A stretch of 21,758 bases of DNA from an uncultured Gemmatimonadales bacterium (GCA_963823035.1 CAWGKG010000006.1:1-21758), one strand, 5' to 3'; shown: positions 1-9,116, counted from the stretch's first letter. The notes: generated by a model from the letters alone, not told the origin. Numbers and translations: made by a program.

Positions 1-43
1 CGAGCGAGGCGAGGGTGACGACGGCGATAACGGCTCGGCGCAT
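1..43 (-). CDS. 5' end of a probable secreted/membrane protein (partial, runs off the left edge)
   Basis: Minus-strand ATG at 43 preceded by GGGAG. Reads MRRAVIAVVTLASL..., a basic then hydrophobic signal-peptide-like start, 28 nt downstream of the ppk1 stop. Confidence 0.55.
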   Translation of the reverse strand, partial: MRRAVIAVVTLASL

Positions 44-71
44 GGCGCGGGGCTCCCTGGGGCATTCCAGC

Positions 72-3000
72 TCAGGGAAGGAAGTGTATCTGCGCCTCCT
101 CCCCCTCCTTGCTCAGACGTTCGTACGCCCCGTCGGGGCGGAGGATCCACGCTCCCGCCGAAGCGAGCTCGGCGTCGAGGATCCTCTGCAGGCGCGCCCT
201 GGGGGCTTCCGCGCGCACGGGCGTGAGCACTTCGACCCGCCTGTGGAGATTGCGTCGTCGCCAGTCCGCCGAGCCGATGTAGAACTCGGGCTCGCCCCCG
301 TTCTCGAAGCGGATGATGCGGGCGTGCTCCAGGAAGCGGCCGAGGATGCTTCGCACCCTGATGTTCTCGGAGAGCCCTTCCACTCCGGGGCGCAGCGTGC
401 AGATCGCGCGCACGACGAGATCGACACTCACCCCCTCCCTGCCCGCGCGGTAGAGCGCCTTCACCGTCTTGCGGTCCGTGATCCCGTTCATCTTGGCCTG
501 AATGCGCGCGGGTCTGCCCGCACGGGCGTGCTGGGCCTCGCGCTCGATGCAGCGCAGGAGGTTCGGGGCGAGCGAAGCCGGTGCCACCCATAGCCGTCGG
601 TACGTCTTGGAGGGCGGGCCCGCCGCGCCCATGAGCTCGTTGAAGAAGTCGTTCAGGTCCGCACCGAGGTCGGGGTCCGCCGACAGCAGCCCGAGGTCGG
701 TGTAGAAGCGTGCTGTTGCGGCGTTGTAGTTGCCCGTTCCGATGTGCACGTAGCGGCGCAGACCTCCCGCCTCGCGGCGTACCACGAGCGCGGTCTTGGC
801 GTGCGTCTTCAGCCCCACCAGCCCGTAGACGACGTGCCCGCCCGCCTCCGTCAGCCGGTGCGTCCAGTGGATGTTGCTCTCCTCGTCGAAGCGCGCCTTG
901 AGCTCCACGAAGGCGCTCACCTCCTTGCCGTGGCGGAGGGCCTCCACGAGTGCGGCCGCCAGGGGAGACTCCCGGCCGGTCCTGTAGACGGTGAGCTTGA
1001 TCGACACCACCGCCGGATCCTGCGCGGCTTCCTCGAGGAACCGACCCACCGTGGCGTCGAAGGAATCGAAGGGGTGGTGCAACAGGACGTCGTCCTCGCC
1101 GAGGACATCGAAGATGGACCGGTCGGGATCGAGCGGGCGCCTCGGTGTGAACGGAGCGTAGCGTTCGCCGGGAACGTCGAGATCGGCGATCTGCGCGAAG
1201 CCCCGCAGGTCCAGGGGGCCGTCGACCTCGTAGACGTCCGCCCGGCTGAGGACCGCGCTGTCCGTCCCCCGCTCGGAGCGGAGCTCACGGAGCAGGTGGG
1301 CGCGCACCTCGCGCGGCATGGTCTCCTGCACCTCGATGCGGACCACGGGCTTGTAGGGGCGCGCCTCCATCTCGTCCTCGACGGCGGCCAGCAGCGAATC
1401 CGACACGTCCTCGTCGATCTCCACGTCGCCGAGTCGGCTCACGCGGAAGGCGTGGATCTCCTGGACATCGAAGGAGGGGAAGAGCGCCGCCGCGTTTCCT
1501 TCGATCACCTCCTCGAGCGCGACCACGTCGGGCCCGTCGCCGACGGGGAGGAAGCGGGGAAGGTCCTCGGGGATCGGGACGTGCGCGAAGTGCGGGCGGT
1601 CCCCTTCGGCCCCCCGCAGGATCGCCGCGAGGGAGAGCCCCAGACTCGTCAGCCGGGGAAAGGGATGGCCGGGCGCCGCGGACATGGCCCGGGGCGTGAG
1701 CAGGGGGAAGATCTCCCGCGCGAACCGCGCCTCGAGGCCCGCGCGCTCGCTCGCCGTGAGGGATGCCCACCGGCGCAGGCGGATCCCCTTCTCCGTGAGC
1801 GCCGGGAGCAGCCTGTCCACGAGGCAGGCGTACTGGCGCGCGAGGAGGGCCCGGGCCCGGATCGAGATGAGGTCGAGGAGCTCGGTCGCCTGCGCGCTCT
1901 CCGCCGCCGGCGCGGCGCCGCTCTCCATCTTGAGCCGACCGACACGGACGACGAAGAACTCGTCCATGTTCGCGGCGAAGATGGCGAGGAAGCGGAAGCG
2001 CTCCAGGAGGGGCACGGTCTCGTCCTCGGCGAGCTCGAGAACGCGGAGGTTGAAATCCAGGATGCTCAGCTCGGCGTCGAGGAAGGCTTCGCCCTCGTCG
2101 TCCCCCTCCCCGTCCCGTGGCGCCCGCGCCGGAATCACGGTCGGCGCGCCCTCGGGACGCGGCGTTTCCCGCAGCAGCCTGCGGCCCACCTCGGACCGGA
2201 CGAAGAGGAGGAGGGCCGCGGACAGGCCGGGGTCCCGCAGGCGCGGCGCCCCCACACGCTCGAGGAGCTCCGGAAGGGGCAGCCAGAAGAAGGAATCGAC
2301 GACGGACTCCGGGGGGTGGATCTCGTGGAGCCACACCTCCAGGTCGGGGCTGTCCCGAGGCGTCTGCGCGAAGCCGATCAGCTCGAGATCCTGCGCCCCC
2401 TGCTCCTCTCCGAAGCCTTCGGCGACGAAGGCGCGGGCCGGCTCCTCACCCGAGCCGCGGGCGGTGGGGAGGGTGAGCCCCGCCGCTCCCTCGACGAGGG
2501 CCACCGCGCCGGCGCGCACGATCAGGAAGGCGCCGCGGACCTCGTGCTGCGCGTCCGGGCGCGTGCCGGCCGCGGACGCGGCCAGGATGCGTCTGGCGCG
2601 CTCGAGGGTGTCCAGTCCGTCGCTGGCCACGCCGTGATGGACACGCAGGCGCTCCGCCACCGTCTCCAGGGCGGGCCCGGAAACCCCGAGCTCCGTGACC
2701 ACGACCTCCTGGAGCGACCGCGTCACGCCCGGGGCGTGCGCGACGATCCGGTCGAAGCGGACGCGATGCGCGGGTCGCCCGAGCCACCCGGGGCGGAGGT
2801 CGCGGGTCTCCCGGTCGATGTCCATGGCGACGATGGGGCGGAGGGCGACCGGGTCGGCGACCTCGCGCAGGCGCGTGGCCAACTCGGTACCTCCGGCGAG
2901 CGACGCGTACAGGCCTGCTCCGGAGACCGGCTCCTCCATCACGGTCTCCTCCAGGACGCCGTCGAGGTTCATCGCGGACACGCTCACCAGGGCCAGCGTC

Positions 3001-3197
3001 TGGAGCCCCGTGGCGTCGAGGCGGAGGCAGAGCGTCATGCGCCGCTCCCGGAGGGCCCCGTCGAGCGTGTCGAAATAGGTCTCACGCAGGAGCCGGTACT
3101 CGGCGCGGCCCGCCGACATCCCCAGGGGACGGGAGTCCGACGCCATCGCCTCGAGAAGCTCGTCCGAGGCGACGGGAAAGCTCAAACGCCGTCCCAC
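72..3197 (-). CDS. ppk1: Polyphosphate kinase 1 with long N-terminal extension (CYTH-like plus possible NUDIX-like domains)
   Basis: PPK1 motifs: ELSILDFNLRVL, LERFRFLAIFAANMDEFF, HPFP, LLHHPFDSF, IKLTVYRT, VELKARFDEESNI, KTHAK (autophosphorylated His), YVHIGTGNYN, GRFLEHAR, YIGSADW..RNL.RRVE. The core spans about 72-2090. GTG start overlaps the upstream gene. Confidence 0.95.
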   Translation of the reverse strand: MGRRLSFPVASDELLEAMASDSRPLGMSAGRAEYRLLRETYFDTLDGALRERRMTLCLRLDATGLQTLALVSVSAMNLDGVLEETVMEEPVSGAGLYASLAGGTELATRLREVADPVALRPIVAMDIDRETRDLRPGWLGRPAHRVRFDRIVAHAPGVTRSLQEVVVTELGVSGPALETVAERLRVHHGVASDGLDTLERARRILAASAAGTRPDAQHEVRGAFLIVRAGAVALVEGAAGLTLPTARGSGEEPARAFVAEGFGEEQGAQDLELIGFAQTPRDSPDLEVWLHEIHPPESVVDSFFWLPLPELLERVGAPRLRDPGLSAALLLFVRSEVGRRLLRETPRPEGAPTVIPARAPRDGEGDDEGEAFLDAELSILDFNLRVLELAEDETVPLLERFRFLAIFAANMDEFFVVRVGRLKMESGAAPAAESAQATELLDLISIRARALLARQYACLVDRLLPALTEKGIRLRRWASLTASERAGLEARFAREIFPLLTPRAMSAAPGHPFPRLTSLGLSLAAILRGAEGDRPHFAHVPIPEDLPRFLPVGDGPDVVALEEVIEGNAAALFPSFDVQEIHAFRVSRLGDVEIDEDVSDSLLAAVEDEMEARPYKPVVRIEVQETMPREVRAHLLRELRSERGTDSAVLSRADVYEVDGPLDLRGFAQIADLDVPGERYAPFTPRRPLDPDRSIFDVLGEDDVLLHHPFDSFDATVGRFLEEAAQDPAVVSIKLTVYRTGRESPLAAALVEALRHGKEVSAFVELKARFDEESNIHWTHRLTEAGGHVVYGLVGLKTHAKTALVVRREAGGLRRYVHIGTGNYNAATARFYTDLGLLSADPDLGADLNDFFNELMGAAGPPSKTYRRLWVAPASLAPNLLRCIEREAQHARAGRPARIQAKMNGITDRKTVKALYRAGREGVSVDLVVRAICTLRPGVEGLSENIRVRSILGRFLEHARIIRFENGGEPEFYIGSADWRRRNLHRRVEVLTPVRAEAPRARLQRILDAELASAGAWILRPDGAYERLSKEGEEAQIHFLP

Positions 3198-4078
3198 CCC
3201 GCCCCCTTCCCCGTCCCGTCCTCACCCGCCCGACCGTAAACCGTCAGGTGCGCGCGCCGGCCGTGTCCCTCGTCGGCGACGAAGAGCCTGCCTTGCGGCC
3301 CGAAGGCGATCCCCTCGGCCTGGGGATGGCGCCCGCGTCCCAGCCCGAACACCGAGAGGACGCGTCCCTCCCGTGAGATCTCGACGATCGCCTCCTCCCG
3401 CGCGGCCACCAGGACGAGGGTGCCGGTGGCCGGATCGACGTCGATCCCCGAGGGGTGGAGGCCGTTCTCCAGTCCGAACGGCGCGAGGCGGCGGAAGGGT
3501 ACGCGCAGGGGCGGCGGAACCGGGGCGTCGGGGTCGAGCGGGAGCCAATGGACACGGATCTCGTCGGCGCGCGGCGCGACCGTCTTGCAGGCCACCAACA
3601 GGCTCCGGGTGGAAGCGTCGAAGGTCAGCCCTTCGGCCTCGCAGCCGCGGCCGAGCCCCGTATCGGTGAGGCGCGCAGGCGTCGCCCGACCCTCGGCGGT
3701 CCGTCGGAACTCGTAGAGCAGGCCCCGGCTCGACAGGAGGAAGAAGCGGTCCCCCGCGACGGCGAGGCCCTCGAAGTCGTCGTGGACGAGCGCGTCGGTC
3801 GAACCGAGCGTGAACCCCCGGTCGACGTCGCCCGTTTCGGGGTCGATCGCATACACGACGCCCGTTTCGTCCTGGTGTGCGTAGAGGCGGCCGTCGTCCG
3901 AGAACGCGAGCCCGGACACCTCGTCGAGCCGGTGGGGGAGGTCGAAGCGCGCGAGATGGTGGCGCAGGTCGTACCGCTCGGAGATCGGTGCGGGATCCTG
4001 TCCCGACGTCGCGACCGCACGGGCGGTGGACGCGCCCGTGAGCGCGAGCGCCAGACAGGGCGCGAAGCGTAACCTCAC
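3182..4078 (-). CDS. Secreted SdiA-regulated/YjiK-like beta-propeller protein
   Basis: Signal peptide, then repeated blade motifs EVSGLAF, DFEGLAV, EAEGLTFD, HPSGIDVDP and QAEGIAF..G.LFVADEG, typical of the SdiA-regulated family. The GTG start overlaps the upstream TGA (GTGA). Confidence 0.8.
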   Translation of the reverse strand: MRLRFAPCLALALTGASTARAVATSGQDPAPISERYDLRHHLARFDLPHRLDEVSGLAFSDDGRLYAHQDETGVVYAIDPETGDVDRGFTLGSTDALVHDDFEGLAVAGDRFFLLSSRGLLYEFRRTAEGRATPARLTDTGLGRGCEAEGLTFDASTRSLLVACKTVAPRADEIRVHWLPLDPDAPVPPPLRVPFRRLAPFGLENGLHPSGIDVDPATGTLVLVAAREEAIVEISREGRVLSVFGLGRGRHPQAEGIAFGPQGRLFVADEGHGRRAHLTVYGRAGEDGTGKGAGWDGV

Positions 4079-5140
4079 GAGCGCTTCTTGAGGCTGGCGA
4101 GCGAGCGCAGCTCCGCCGCCGCGATGACGTCGCTCGGAGCCTCACGCAGGCGGTCGAGAAGCGAGCCCTCGGACGCGGGGCGGTCGAGCCGCGCGAGGTA
4201 TTCGAGCACCAAGGGCCCGTCGTCCGAGGGGACGATCTCGACGAGCTTCCATCGGCTGGCGAGCGTCGTCCAGGACGCGGCTCCACCAACTCCTGCGCCG
4301 CCGCGGCCTCGTGCGCGTGCACGAGCAGCAGGGCGTTGGCGCGCTTCGTCTTCTTCTTCCCGCGCTCCTCCGCGAGGTGGAACTCCATGCGCGCCGCGCG
4401 GTCGAGGACCCCCGCGATGTCGGCCGGGGCGGCCGCGTCCAGGAGCGCAGCGTCCCCGACCACCGTGGCGGCCGAGGCGGTGTGTGGCCCGACGAGGGCG
4501 TCGCCCAGGCTCAGCTCGCCCGGCCCGGCGACGGCGTACACGTTGCCGAAGCGCGCGGCCCACAGCAGCAGGATCACGCCGTTGAAGAAGAGCGAGAGCA
4601 CGAGCGACAGGCCGAACGCCTGCACGCCGCAGGCGAGCCCCACGCCGATGGCCAGGAAGACGTAGACCGCGTCCTTGGTGTCCTCGAGCGTGGTGCGGAA
4701 GCGCACCGCCGCGACGATCCCGGCCAGGGAGAACGCCAGCGGCAGGCTGTGCTGCACGACCGTGACGATGCCCGGTAACGGCCACCGGGAGGATGAGCAG
4801 CGTGTGCACCACCGACTCGTCGAAGCCGCGCTGCCGGTGCGTGAGGATGTAGACCCACGTCACGGGCACCATGATGACGAGCGCGCCCAGCATGGAGATC
4901 GCGCCGAGCGCGGCGCCCGACCACGCCGTCGCGGCGATCGGCGCGCCCACGGCGGCGGGCGCGTTCGGGCCGAGCGACGTCGGCGTCCAGCGCGGAGGGC
5001 AGCTGTCCCCCGCCCAGCACGTCGCGGGCGCCCGGGACGAGCGTGACCGCCAGATAGACCAGGCCGGCCAGCAGGGCATAGTAGGTGACGACGCGAAGGA
5101 GACGGCGGCGCGATCCTCGGGACCTGGCGCTGACGGACAT
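4075..5140 (-). CDS. DUF4956-family integral membrane protein, interrupted by ~3 frameshifts (near 4980, 4772, 4275)
   Basis: Stitched across frames: MSVSARSRGSRRRLLRVVTYY...ALD / SLGPNAPA...WVYILTHRQRGFDESVVHTLLILPVAVTG / IVTVVQHSLPLAFSLAGIVAAVRFRTTLEDTKDAVYVFLAIGVGLACG...ELVEP / LASRWKLVE...LKKRS*. SL..AFSLAG...VRFR....D..D..Y.F..IG.G.A.G is the DUF4956 signature. ATG at 5140 has GAGG upstream. Could be a real pseudogene or sequencing errors. Confidence 0.75.
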
Positions 5141-5181
5141 GGTGGCCTCGGGAGGGGTCATGGCAGATGCACCGTGCGGGC

Positions 5182-5187
5182 TATGAT
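5182..5187 (+). promoter_or_regulatory. Possible sigma70 -10 hexamer (TATGAT) for the BRCT gene
   Basis: TATGAT is a 5/6 match to TATAAT in a GC-rich divergent intergenic region, ~70 nt upstream of the ATG at 5257. No clear -35. Confidence 0.3.
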
Positions 5188-5256
5188 GGGCTCGGCGGCC
5201 CGCACGGAGCAAGAATCCCCTGGACTTCGGCCGGAGCCACGGGACATGTTGCGCGC

Positions 5257-5883
5257 ATGAGCGCGATCCCCCGTTCCCCGACCGGCCGCGCGCGTCGCCT
5301 GGGAGAGCATCGGAGGCTCGAGCGGGGGCTCGCGGAGATGCTGGGTCTCGTGCGCGGCGTGATCGCGGACGGCACGGTCTCGGCCGACGAGGCGCACCAG
5401 CTCGCCCGGTGGACCCGCGAGCACCCCGACGTCGCGACGCAGTGGCCGGCCAATCTCCTCGCACGCCGCCTCGAGCAGATCGTGCGGGACGGACGGGTCG
5501 ACGCGCGCGAGCGGAAGCACCTCGGCTCCCTCCTCGGCCAGCTCACGGAGAACGGCGCAGCGCTCGGGTTCCTGCTGGCGACCGACCTGCCGATCGATCG
5601 CCCCGAGCCGGAGGTCGTGTTCGAGGGGCGGATCTTCGTGTTCGCGGGGGAGCTGGCGTACGGGCCGCGGCGCGCCTGCGAACGCGAGGTGATGGAGCTG
5701 GGCGGGGAGTGCGAGCGCACGGTGACGCGACGCACGGACTACCTGGTGATCGGGGCGCTCGCGGCCACGGACTGGTCGCAGGAGGGCTTCGGTTCCATGG
5801 TGGACGAGGTCGTGCAGTACCGGGCGCGCGGCGTACCCATCGCCATCGTGTCCGAGGAGCACTGGGCGGACGCGCTTCCGTAG
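5257..5883 (+). CDS. BRCT domain-containing protein with N-terminal helical domain
   Basis: C-terminal BRCT pattern FEGRIFVFAGEL...R..CEREVMELGG....VTRRTDYLVIG......W....FG....E.......G..IAIVSEEHW. N-terminal LGLVRGVIADGTVSADEA..L..W. Start taken at ATG 5257 rather than GTG 5167. Confidence 0.85.
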   Translation: MSAIPRSPTGRARRLGEHRRLERGLAEMLGLVRGVIADGTVSADEAHQLARWTREHPDVATQWPANLLARRLEQIVRDGRVDARERKHLGSLLGQLTENGAALGFLLATDLPIDRPEPEVVFEGRIFVFAGELAYGPRRACEREVMELGGECERTVTRRTDYLVIGALAATDWSQEGFGSMVDEVVQYRARGVPIAIVSEEHWADALP

Positions 5884-5989
5884 GGCCGCGGCGGCCGTCT
5901 CGCGACCGCTGGAACGTCACGGATGCCCTGTCCCGGTCGTTCACTCGACGTCATCTTCCGCATGGCTCTTTCACCTTCGGGGCGACGCC

Positions 5990-6488
5990 ATGAAGACGTA
6001 CCCGAGAGCGCGGCTCCAACGAACGCTGGTCGGGCTCCTGCCCGCTCTCTTGTCGGTCCTCGCGTGCTCGGACTCCACCGGGCCGCAGTCCCGGACCACG
6101 CTGCTGGTGCTCAACGCGACGTGCGACCCGGGCCCGTGCCTACCCCTCAGTTCGTGGTCGGCTTCCCCTCGAACCAGCCGCACACGCCGGGGGGCTTCTG
6201 GTCGCTCGACATGGGCATGGTCAATGGGCCCGTCACCTGCCTCACCCTGCCGTCGTCGGGTGACTTCGGCGTCACCGAACGCCGCCACCGGCGCGACGAC
6301 GACCTACGCCTGGACGGACGACGAGCCGATCGCGCTCGCTGCCCTCGAGGCGATACGCGTCGCTCCTCATGTCGGCGCCGACCACCGGTGAGTTCGTGCC
6401 AACCGGCGCGGGCGGATGGCGGGTCACGTTGCCGGGTGACGGCGCCGTGACGCCGGACCAGCGCTGCGACCCGGACGTGCAGCCCTAG
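5990..6488 (+). CDS. Small Cys-containing lipoprotein of unknown function, with ~3 frameshifts
   Basis: Lipobox LSVLA-C followed by SDSTGP. Stitched: ...NATCDPGPCLPL / FVVGFPSNQPHTPGGFWSLDMG...TCLTLPSSGDFGVT / NAATGATTTYAWTDDEPIALAALE / YASLLMSAPTTGEFVPTGAGGWRVTLPGDGAVTPDQRCDPDVQP*, with TAG at 6486-6488. Confidence 0.6.
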
Positions 6489-6530
6489 CGCGCGGCATCC
6501 CCCCCGGCGGTGCTCGGTGGCGTTGCCCGT

Positions 6531-7748
6531 CTACTCCGCCACCACGTGCAGGCGCGCGGCCACCCGCTCGGCCATCGCCCGCGCGGTGGCGAGGTCGGGG
6601 TGGCGCAGCACGACCATGCCGTCGCCCACCAGCACGTTCCGCCAGTCCCGCCGCGGCGCGCCGATCGGGTTCAGGTCGATATCCACGATCCAGGGTCCGA
6701 GCTCGGTGAGGATCGCCTCGAGCCCCTCGTAGCGCTGGATGCGGCCGTGCCCCCGTGCCCGCTTGTAGACCCACGCCGCCGCGTACTTCCGCTCCACGTG
6801 TTGCGTGAAGCGGCCGTGGACCACGCATTCGGCCCACCCCGTGTACGTGTCGATGTCGGCCGCGTAGTTGATGAGATCGACGAGACCCGCCCCGGGAGAG
6901 CGCGCGCCGATCTCTCCGAACACCGCCTCGCCTGAAGGGGTTCGGTACCACTCCATGTGCGTGTAGCCCGTCTGGAAGCCGAGTGCGCGGATCACGTCGC
7001 GGCCCATCTTCTTCCCGGCTTCGAGGTCGGGGGCGTCGGGGTCGCGGAAGACGAGGGTGATCGGGCTCACCCACTCGTTCTCCTTCATGTAGAGTGCCCG
7101 TGGGATGTAGGTGGACGCGCTGTAGTGGACGATGTCCCCGTTCACGCACAACGTGTCGAACGTCATGTCGTCGCCCTCTACGAACTCCTCGACGCTCACC
7201 TCGGTCACCTGGCGCAGCCCGGGGAGGATCGCGTCGAGCTGCTCGCGCGATTCCACCTTGTACGTGCTCTCGGACCCCGCCCCGGCGATGGGCTTCACGA
7301 TGACGGGGTAGCCGACCGTCTCGGCCGCCTCCACGACGCCGGCGACCGTGGTGGCGCTGTAGTGGTGGGGCGTGCGGATGCCGGCGCCGTCGAGGACCCG
7401 CTTCATGATCTCCTTGTCGCGGAAGGGGATCGTCTGCTCGACGGTGAGCCCGGGCAGCCCGAGGCGTTCGCGGATGCGCGCCGCGAGGATCACGTACGGC
7501 TCCCACAGGCACTCCACGCGGTGGATGGGCGTGCCCGAGGCGAACGTCGCGACGCGCTCGACGATGGCTCCCTCGTCCTGGAAGGAGCCGACGTGCAGGT
7601 AGGCTGCCAGGGCCTGGCGCGCCACGTCGGGAAGCTGGGACTCCGGCTGGTCGCCGAGCCCGATCACGCGCGCTCCCACGGCGGCGAGGCCGCGCGTGAA
7701 GTACTGCATCTCCTTCGGGAAGCCCGGCGAGATCATCAGGACGTTCAT
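6531..7748 (-). CDS. ATP-grasp domain protein (carboxylate-amine ligase-like), paralog A
   Basis: FRDKEIMKRVL...G, GYPVIVKP.AGAGS..T, VEEFVEG, YTHMEWY, GEIGARSPG. The ATG overlaps the upstream TGA (ATGA). Confidence 0.9.
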   Translation of the reverse strand: MNVLMISPGFPKEMQYFTRGLAAVGARVIGLGDQPESQLPDVARQALAAYLHVGSFQDEGAIVERVATFASGTPIHRVECLWEPYVILAARIRERLGLPGLTVEQTIPFRDKEIMKRVLDGAGIRTPHHYSATTVAGVVEAAETVGYPVIVKPIAGAGSESTYKVESREQLDAILPGLRQVTEVSVEEFVEGDDMTFDTLCVNGDIVHYSASTYIPRALYMKENEWVSPITLVFRDPDAPDLEAGKKMGRDVIRALGFQTGYTHMEWYRTPSGEAVFGEIGARSPGAGLVDLINYAADIDTYTGWAECVVHGRFTQHVERKYAAAWVYKRARGHGRIQRYEGLEAILTELGPWIVDIDLNPIGAPRRDWRNVLVGDGMVVLRHPDLATARAMAERVAARLHVVAE

Positions 7749-8980
7749 GGATGCTCCTCCTGGCCCAGCTCGACGCGGATGCGCGTGACGATCTTCCAGA
7801 GCGCGTCCTTCACCACCTCGGTCTCGGGGTGGCGAACGATGACGTAGCCCTCCCCCTCGTACGACCCCGACGACGCCTCGCCCTCCCGCGGCAGGCGCGC
7901 TTCCACGACGAGCGGCCCCAGCTCGGCCGCGATCTCCTCGAGACCGCGCACGGCGCGCACCCGCCCGCTACCCTGCCCCCGCAGGTAGGCCGCGCCGGCC
8001 GCGTAGGGTCGCGGCCTGGGCGTGAAGCGTCCGTAGACCACCGTCTCGGCCCACGCGCGGAAGAGGTCGAAGTCGTGGGCCCAGGAGATCAGGTTCACGA
8101 ATCGGGCGCCCGGCGGGCGGGCCCCGACCTCGGAGATCGCCACGCTCCCATCGGGGCGACGGAACCACTCCATGTGGCTCATCCCGGTCTGCATGCCGAG
8201 CACCCGGAGCGCCTCCCCGGCCACCGCCCGGATCCCCTCGTAGCGGACGTCGTCCACCTCGCGGGGGAGGAGCACGCACCACTGGATCCACGGCTCGCGC
8301 ACCACCTCCAGGGCGGAGGGGAAGTAGTGGTTGATCGAGTGCCAGACGATGCGCCCGTCGAGCGCGATCGAGTCGAAGGAGTGCTCCTCACCGACCACGA
8401 ACTCCTCGAGCAGCGCGGGGCGCTCGGCCGACGGGGGCATCTGACGGAGGCAGGACGCCAGCGCCTCGTCGTCGCCGATACGGAACGTGCCGCGCGACCC
8501 CGACCCCGCCGGCGGCTTCACGATGAGCGGATAGCCCACGTCGCGAGCGAAGGACCGCGCCTCCTCCGGGGAGCGTGCCAGGGCGTGGCGGGCACACGGC
8601 AGCCCGTTGGCGCGCAGGACGTCCTTCATGCGCGCCTTGTCCCGGAAGTTCTCCGCGGCGGCGGCGCCCATCCCGGGGAGCGCCAGCGCGTCGCGCACCT
8701 GCCCGAGAGGAACCTGCAGCTCCTCGAACGTTCCGAGGAGAAGCTCGACGCCCTGGCCCCGGCGGCGGAGCTCCTCGACGGCCCGCCGGAGGACGTTCGC
8801 GTCCAGCGCGTCGGCGACCTGCACGAAGTCGGCGAGGAGCGCGCGCGTCGGCTCCGGCACCCGATCCGGGGCGTCCTGGCTCACGAGCGAGAGGCGCACG
8901 CCCTCCGTTCGGGCGAGCGCCGAGACGAATCGGAGCGTGGTCTCGGCGAAGAAGGGCGCCACGTAGGTGACGTCGGGCAT
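7745..8980 (-). CDS. ATP-grasp domain protein, paralog B
   Basis: FRDKARMKDVL...G, GYPLIVKPPAGSGS.GT, LEEFVVGEEHSFD, SHMEWF, EVGARPPG. Start at ATG 8980 (MPDVTYVAPFF) aligns with the paralog N-termini. The longer 9208 start would overlap the divergent gene. Confidence 0.9.
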   Translation of the reverse strand: MPDVTYVAPFFAETTLRFVSALARTEGVRLSLVSQDAPDRVPEPTRALLADFVQVADALDANVLRRAVEELRRRGQGVELLLGTFEELQVPLGQVRDALALPGMGAAAAENFRDKARMKDVLRANGLPCARHALARSPEEARSFARDVGYPLIVKPPAGSGSRGTFRIGDDEALASCLRQMPPSAERPALLEEFVVGEEHSFDSIALDGRIVWHSINHYFPSALEVVREPWIQWCVLLPREVDDVRYEGIRAVAGEALRVLGMQTGMSHMEWFRRPDGSVAISEVGARPPGARFVNLISWAHDFDLFRAWAETVVYGRFTPRPRPYAAGAAYLRGQGSGRVRAVRGLEEIAAELGPLVVEARLPREGEASSGSYEGEGYVIVRHPETEVVKDALWKIVTRIRVELGQEEHP

Positions 8981-9023
8981 GGGGCCTCGGGCGAGCGGGG
9001 TCCAGCGCGTTCGTGCGCGAAGC

Positions 9024-9079
9024 AAGGTACGCGGCCCGCGGGGCGTCCGGTACCGTCGGCGCTCGCCGCGACGTACTTT
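9024..9079. promoter_or_regulatory. Putative bidirectional promoter/operator with dyad symmetry between the divergent ATP-grasp operons
   Basis: AAGGTACG (9024-9031) and CGTACTTT (9072-9079) form a 7/8 inverted repeat centred on the palindrome CGGTACCG (9048-9055). This gives -10-like TACCTT on minus and TACTTT on plus. Confidence 0.45.
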
Positions 9080-9116
9080 CCGCTCCCCTTCTCCAGCCAC
9101 CCCGGCGAGGCCCAGC

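Noticed and set aside
744..3239. 831-aa ORF antisense to ppk1
   Set aside because: Shadow ORF typical of high-GC codon bias, with no recognisable motifs.
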